From NCBI GenBank assembly GCA_030295235.1, contig AP026167.1:744001-808000 (forward strand): 64,000 nt of DNA, read 5' to 3'. Under the pieces are notes generated by a model. It did no database searches. It was not told where the DNA came from and saw only the letters and a program-made list of their open reading frames with translations. The position numbers and the translations under genes were made by a program. How positions within the stretch are numbered: position 1 is the stretch's first letter; each line of letters starts with the position of its first letter. This DNA is from Fistulifera solaris. Lineage: Eukaryota. Positions 59,674 to 64,000 of the stretch are shown piece after piece.

Positions 59674-60070
59674 GATGTTGAAGTAATATCAATCAAGCAA
59701 AAATGAGACAGTTTGTGAATCAGAAACTTGTTTGCGTAACGTGTGTTGAATAATAGCAACAACAAGTTTCTATTCGATTTGCAAATGCAATAAAATTTAT
59801 CATCATCATCGCATGCAACACAAAACAGACAACAGCAGTGTCGATCAAAAACCTCGCACAATAAAGACGCAGTGATGGACAGACATTGAAAGGAAAGAGT
59901 ACGGTATCTGATTCTGACCGTTAACCTTAATCCTGTTAGATCCATTGTACTCCGTATTGGTCATCAAAACCGCCAGCACAAAACACTCCTGAAGTCAACT
60001 GCTCAACAAACCCAAACTGATGATCAAGCTTGTTCATTGATTGATATTGTCATTATTTACTCCTAGTATA

Positions 60071-60268
60071 ATGTCAATGACATTTCGCGAGAGGCTGGCG
60101 TGGCTGGGACGCATGCCGACACACTACCGAATATTATTTTGCTCTCAATTGATGTTTACCGCCGTTGCAATACGCTACCGAATCATCGTCATTGAACGCA
60201 GAAGGAAAGAGTTGACAGAAGAGTCATCCTTGTCACCAGAATCGGAAACGAATGATCAAGTAGAATAA
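60071..60268 (+). CDS. Small single-pass membrane protein (hypothetical)
   Basis: 65-aa ORF from an ATG, with one hydrophobic segment and a charged tail. It fills the gap between NUXM and the dTMP kinase. Confidence 0.45.
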   Translation: MSMTFRERLAWLGRMPTHYRILFCSQLMFTAVAIRYRIIVIERRRKELTEESSLSPESETNDQVE

Positions 60269-60293
60269 AGGGGAATTTACTTGTTAATCCTCG

Positions 60294-61055
60294 TTACTTG
60301 TTTCTTTGCCACAATTGCCGCACTTCCGGTTGTACTTGTTCCAACGTTTGTTGAGCAATCGACCAGATATCTTCTTCGACTTGATCCATGGTCTGTGCCG
60401 CATTGACAAACTTCCACTGTACACCATCATCGAGTTGAGACAACTCTTGAAATCGCTGTCTCACGCGTAGTTGCATTTCTCTTTTCTCGTAGCGTTCCTG
60501 TCCATAACTAAGAAAGAAAATGATTCACAAACGAAAGTGAGTGAGTACGTCATTTCAGCGGGTTTTTTTACTTTGTAACAATCACGGATCAACGCACCCT
60601 CCTCGTTCTTCCGCTTGCTCCGTCGACATGTCTAGAAAAATGACACAATCCGGTGCCGGCAAGCCACGATCCGGTGCTTGACACCATTCCAGATCCATGT
60701 TATCTTTCGAAGCACTGAAAGCGACACCCGAATACGCGTACCGATCACAGACAATTGACGTTCCGGCTCGCAATTGCTGCACAATCGTGTCCGCACTCTC
60801 CCATCGATTCGCGGAAAACAACAAATGTATCGCCCGATCGTCCATATTCGACGTTTGTTGTAAATACGAATCAATCAATTGACCGGTCGAAGTCGTGCGA
60901 TTGGGAAAACGCATCGCGGTTGCCGCAATGCCGGCTTGCACCAAACGTTGCAGGAGACGTTGGCATTGCGTCGTTTTGCCGCAACGATCGACGCCTTCCA
61001 GTAAGAAAAAGGCACCGCGGGTCGGTTTTGCAGGTGCAGTAGAAGGTGGTAACAT
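60294..61055 (-). CDS. DTYMK: Thymidylate kinase (dTMP kinase)
   Basis: RGAFFLLEGVDRCGKTTQ, RFPNRTT, HLLFSANRWE, DRYAYSG and GG|YGQERYE. Intron at ~60508-60596. Confidence 0.95.
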
Positions 61056-61439
61056 CGTTTATTGTTGTTCAAATAATGATAACAATCCAAAAATATTGAC
61101 TTCGTAGCAATGAATGATGAGTGATGAGTGATGAATGATGCATGATGAAGACGATCGAGACCGCATTTTTCTTTTTGCGCGCATGGCTCACTGCTCAAGT
61201 CACGAGTGGCAAAACATGATTTCCAGATATTGATTCAGTACCGGTACCGGTTGAGTGTAGTATGATGTGAAGGCTGAAGGCGTAGGCGCGCTGTTTCACA
61301 AAAGACTTATTGCGAATGACAGCAGACGGCAGACGCCCAAAACGCAGAAAAGAAAAAAGCCATTTTCCTTTTCATAAACAAACGACCCTTAAATTGAAGT
61401 CTATATCCACATCAGCCAGCAACAACAATAACACAAAGA

Positions 61440-62805
61440 ATGCCACAAGAGGAATCAATTCTCGTTAAATCGCCTCTTCCGTCGATGGATCCGGCGGTTT
61501 GTCAAAAAGCATCGCGTTATGCCGTTCGAGTCTTTGAAGAAATGTCCAAACGGAGCAAATTATTACGAAACAACAATCATGTTGCACAATTTGATCGCGA
61601 CGAGATATTACCTTATTTAGGTGAAAAGCTGGGAACAGGAGGCTTCAATGTAGTGTTTGAATTGGAAAAGATTGTCTTGGATGATCCATCAAACGAGGAG
61701 GACCAGCAAGACGATGGCCGCCGAGAAGAGAAACAAGCAAAACGAAAACAGGTTGCTTACGACATGAAGACCAAACTCGCGGTTAAATTCTTGAGTGACG
61801 ACGCACTTGAATCCCAAGAAGAATTCTGTAACGGTGCTGCCGATCTATTAATGGAAGCCAAGTACTTGGCAGCTTTGGCGGCTCATCCTCATCCAGCTCT
61901 CATTCAATTGCACGGGGTGTGTGCGGAAGGGGCGGCGGGCTTTGGACGAACGGAACGGGCCGGATTCTTTCTCGTGATTGATCGACTGTACGATACGCTC
62001 GATCGACGAATCGATATTTGGAAAGAAGTACAACGACGGAAATTGGCTATGAACAATGGGGAGACGCGAAAACTACTGACGGGTCTCTTTCTGCAGCGTT
62101 TGTTAGTAGCGCAAGATATTGCCTCCGCACTTCGTCACTTGCATAAATTGCAAATCGTATTTAGAGACTTGAAACCAGGTAAGACAAGAGAGAGAGTGAG
62201 TTGGATGTTGATGAAGTGAAAAAGGGAGCTCACTCAAATGTTGTGTCAATACTGGTGTCTACCTTCATAATGTAATCAAATGGTGCGCGGCACACTATGA
62301 TGGGAAATTGACGATTGTTCCAAAAGACAACGTTGGGTTTTGCTTTGACGGAAGAGTCAAGTTATTTGATTTTGGTCTAGCGAAAGAGCTGGATCCGCAT
62401 CAACAAAATGAAGATGGACTGTACAACATGTCCGGAGGGACGGGTTCTCGCCGATTCATGGCGCCAGAAGTTGCCCTGTCGGAACCCTATCACTTATCGG
62501 CAGATATGTACTCGTTTGCAATCTTGTTTTGGGAGATTTTGACATTGGATAAAGCGTTTGCTCGGTTGACGGTGGATGACCATCATGAGAAGGTCATTCA
62601 GGGGACAGAACGACCAGAGTTAGATCCGGGATGGACATCATCGTTGTGTGAGATACTACAGGGTTGCTGGCATTACAAACCACATCGTAGACCGTCCGCA
62701 AAGGAAACGCATCGTGCTTTGCGATATGAAATTCAAGATATGGTGGCGGAAGAATTTCCGAAGCAAGCAGGTTTCGATGAGCAAAGGAGGCGGGCCTATC
62801 ATTGA
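61440..62805 (+). CDS. Ser/Thr/Tyr protein kinase (TKL-like, diatom-expanded type)
   Basis: LGTGGFNVV, VFRDLKP|DNVGF, VKLFDFGLAKE and TGSRRFMAPE. Intron from 62179 to ~62326. Confidence 0.9.
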
Positions 62806-62871
62806 TTGATTTAGTGTAGCAATCTAAAACGATATCAATTATTTCTTTTTTCGCATTAAACCTTACAAGGA

Positions 62872-64000
62872 TCAAAACGAATATGCCGTTTCTGCTCTAC
62901 AACCACGACCACTCACACTCATCGATGCATTTGCTTCTGCGTTCAGCGCAAACATGAACCGCACATTGTCCGAAAATTTTGTCCCAATATTGACTTGACT
63001 GGTCTCGCTAAAGACAAGCAACTCTTCGCCTCTCGTGATTACTACTTGCTCTTCGAGGACTTGCAGAGAGTCTGGGAGAAATTCGCTTTCCACAATGGCA
63101 CTTTCGGCAACCAGCTCTCCGTCACCGATGTTTTCTATGGAGTACAAAAGTCTGATGGAAGTCAAACTAGAAAAGTCACCCAATTCATTTTCAAACGCAA
63201 CAAGCTCCAATGCTCCTAAGAGCCCTAATGGACTCGTCAATGACAGGGATGGATTACTTGAGGAGCAAGTTGTATCAAGGGTAAAGGAATCCAGCTCCGT
63301 TCCCACATTGCCATTGTCATCAATGTTTGAAACAGAGACTTGAAGCGACCCTCCGAAGGTTCCGTCGACCCGAAATGTGCCGCCAAGAGTAACAATATTG
63401 GATTCAGTCAAGTTGGAATTCGATGTCACCTGAATACGAACTTCTCGTGGATTGACGGATACATTATCGAATCCACGGTAGAGAAAGACAAGGCCGGTGG
63501 CAGGGGCGTCATCCGCACAGGCTTTGCCTCGTGGATCTGGGATCTGATCACATGGTCCGATGGAAATACCTCCGTCCGAAAGGCATTCGCGCACGATTGT
63601 GGCTGATATGGTACATTCTGAATAAGTGCCATCAATAGAGCTCAACGATGATGGTGAAGCGGATGGTATTGTATCATCGGGGAAGGGCGAAACCTGCGCT
63701 CCAGCGACAAAAGAGTTAACAGCTGTCCCTTCGCAAGCGATTCCAGAAGGATTCGACACCGCAGTGATTTGAATGGAATCCGTATACGTTCTTCGTTCGG
63801 ACAAATCGAGTAATTCACTAGGCAGCTCGACGTCGACACTTTCCCCTGGGGAAAGCGCAATCCCAGCTACAAGGTCTGAAAAGTCCTTAAGACCAGCATT
63901 GTTGGACAAGAGTTCCAATGATGTCAAACTGGTATCAGTTCCGCCCGATTCTTCGGCGACTCCAATATTCACCGTTGTAGTTATGGGCACCAAACAGGAC
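62872..64000 (-). CDS. Probable secreted/extracellular beta-rich protein (partial; 5' end beyond window)
   Basis: Open frame of at least 373 aa, S/T/acidic-rich with spaced Cys. LDTTCS...LGALELVAFENE resembles a repeat domain seen in diatom secreted proteins. Confidence 0.55.
   Translation of the reverse strand, partial: SCLVPITTTVNIGVAEESGGTDTSLTSLELLSNNAGLKDFSDLVAGIALSPGESVDVELPSELLDLSERRTYTDSIQITAVSNPSGIACEGTAVNSFVAGAQVSPFPDDTIPSASPSSLSSIDGTYSECTISATIVRECLSDGGISIGPCDQIPDPRGKACADDAPATGLVFLYRGFDNVSVNPREVRIQVTSNSNLTESNIVTLGGTFRVDGTFGGSLQVSVSNIDDNGNVGTELDSFTLDTTCSSSNPSLSLTSPLGLLGALELVAFENELGDFSSLTSIRLLYSIENIGDGELVAESAIVESEFLPDSLQVLEEQVVITRGEELLVFSETSQVNIGTKFSDNVRFMFALNAEANASMSVSGRGCRAETAYSF

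Overview
Gene-dense eukaryotic nuclear DNA from a diatom. The evidence is short GT-AG introns, bipartite plastid presequences with ASAFAP-type cleavage sites and diatom-style expanded families; a raphid pennate such as Fistulifera is an unverified guess. About 30 protein genes are present: chlH (partial), a DUF2254 membrane protein, Vip1/PPIP5K, two CDPK-type kinases, a plastid-targeted JmjC-Tudor protein, CSP41b, a STI1-repeat membrane protein, a HAD-IIA hydrolase, argC, syntaxin-16, RMND1-like, three tandem ER-type 2OG-Fe(II) oxygenase-ankyrin genes plus an inverted intronless pseudogene, a MYND gene with its pseudogene, an AlkA/MAG glycosylase, a GNAT, a FAMeT-NCBP3 fusion, RPL3, MATE, gamma-CA, Mrc1/claspin-like, MFS, RagA, NUXM, dTMP kinase, a kinase and a partial probable secreted protein. 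Many genes carry single-base indels, mostly in homopolymer runs; these look like long-read assembly errors. The most unusual elements are the oxygenase-ankyrin array with an intronless, gene-converted copy, an ~86-92 bp telomere-like minisatellite enclosing a GC-rich island with a Pol III B-box, two dispersed palindromic motif families, and a hidden C-terminal tail anchor on PPIP5K. All family assignments come from motif recognition by eye; no searches were run.
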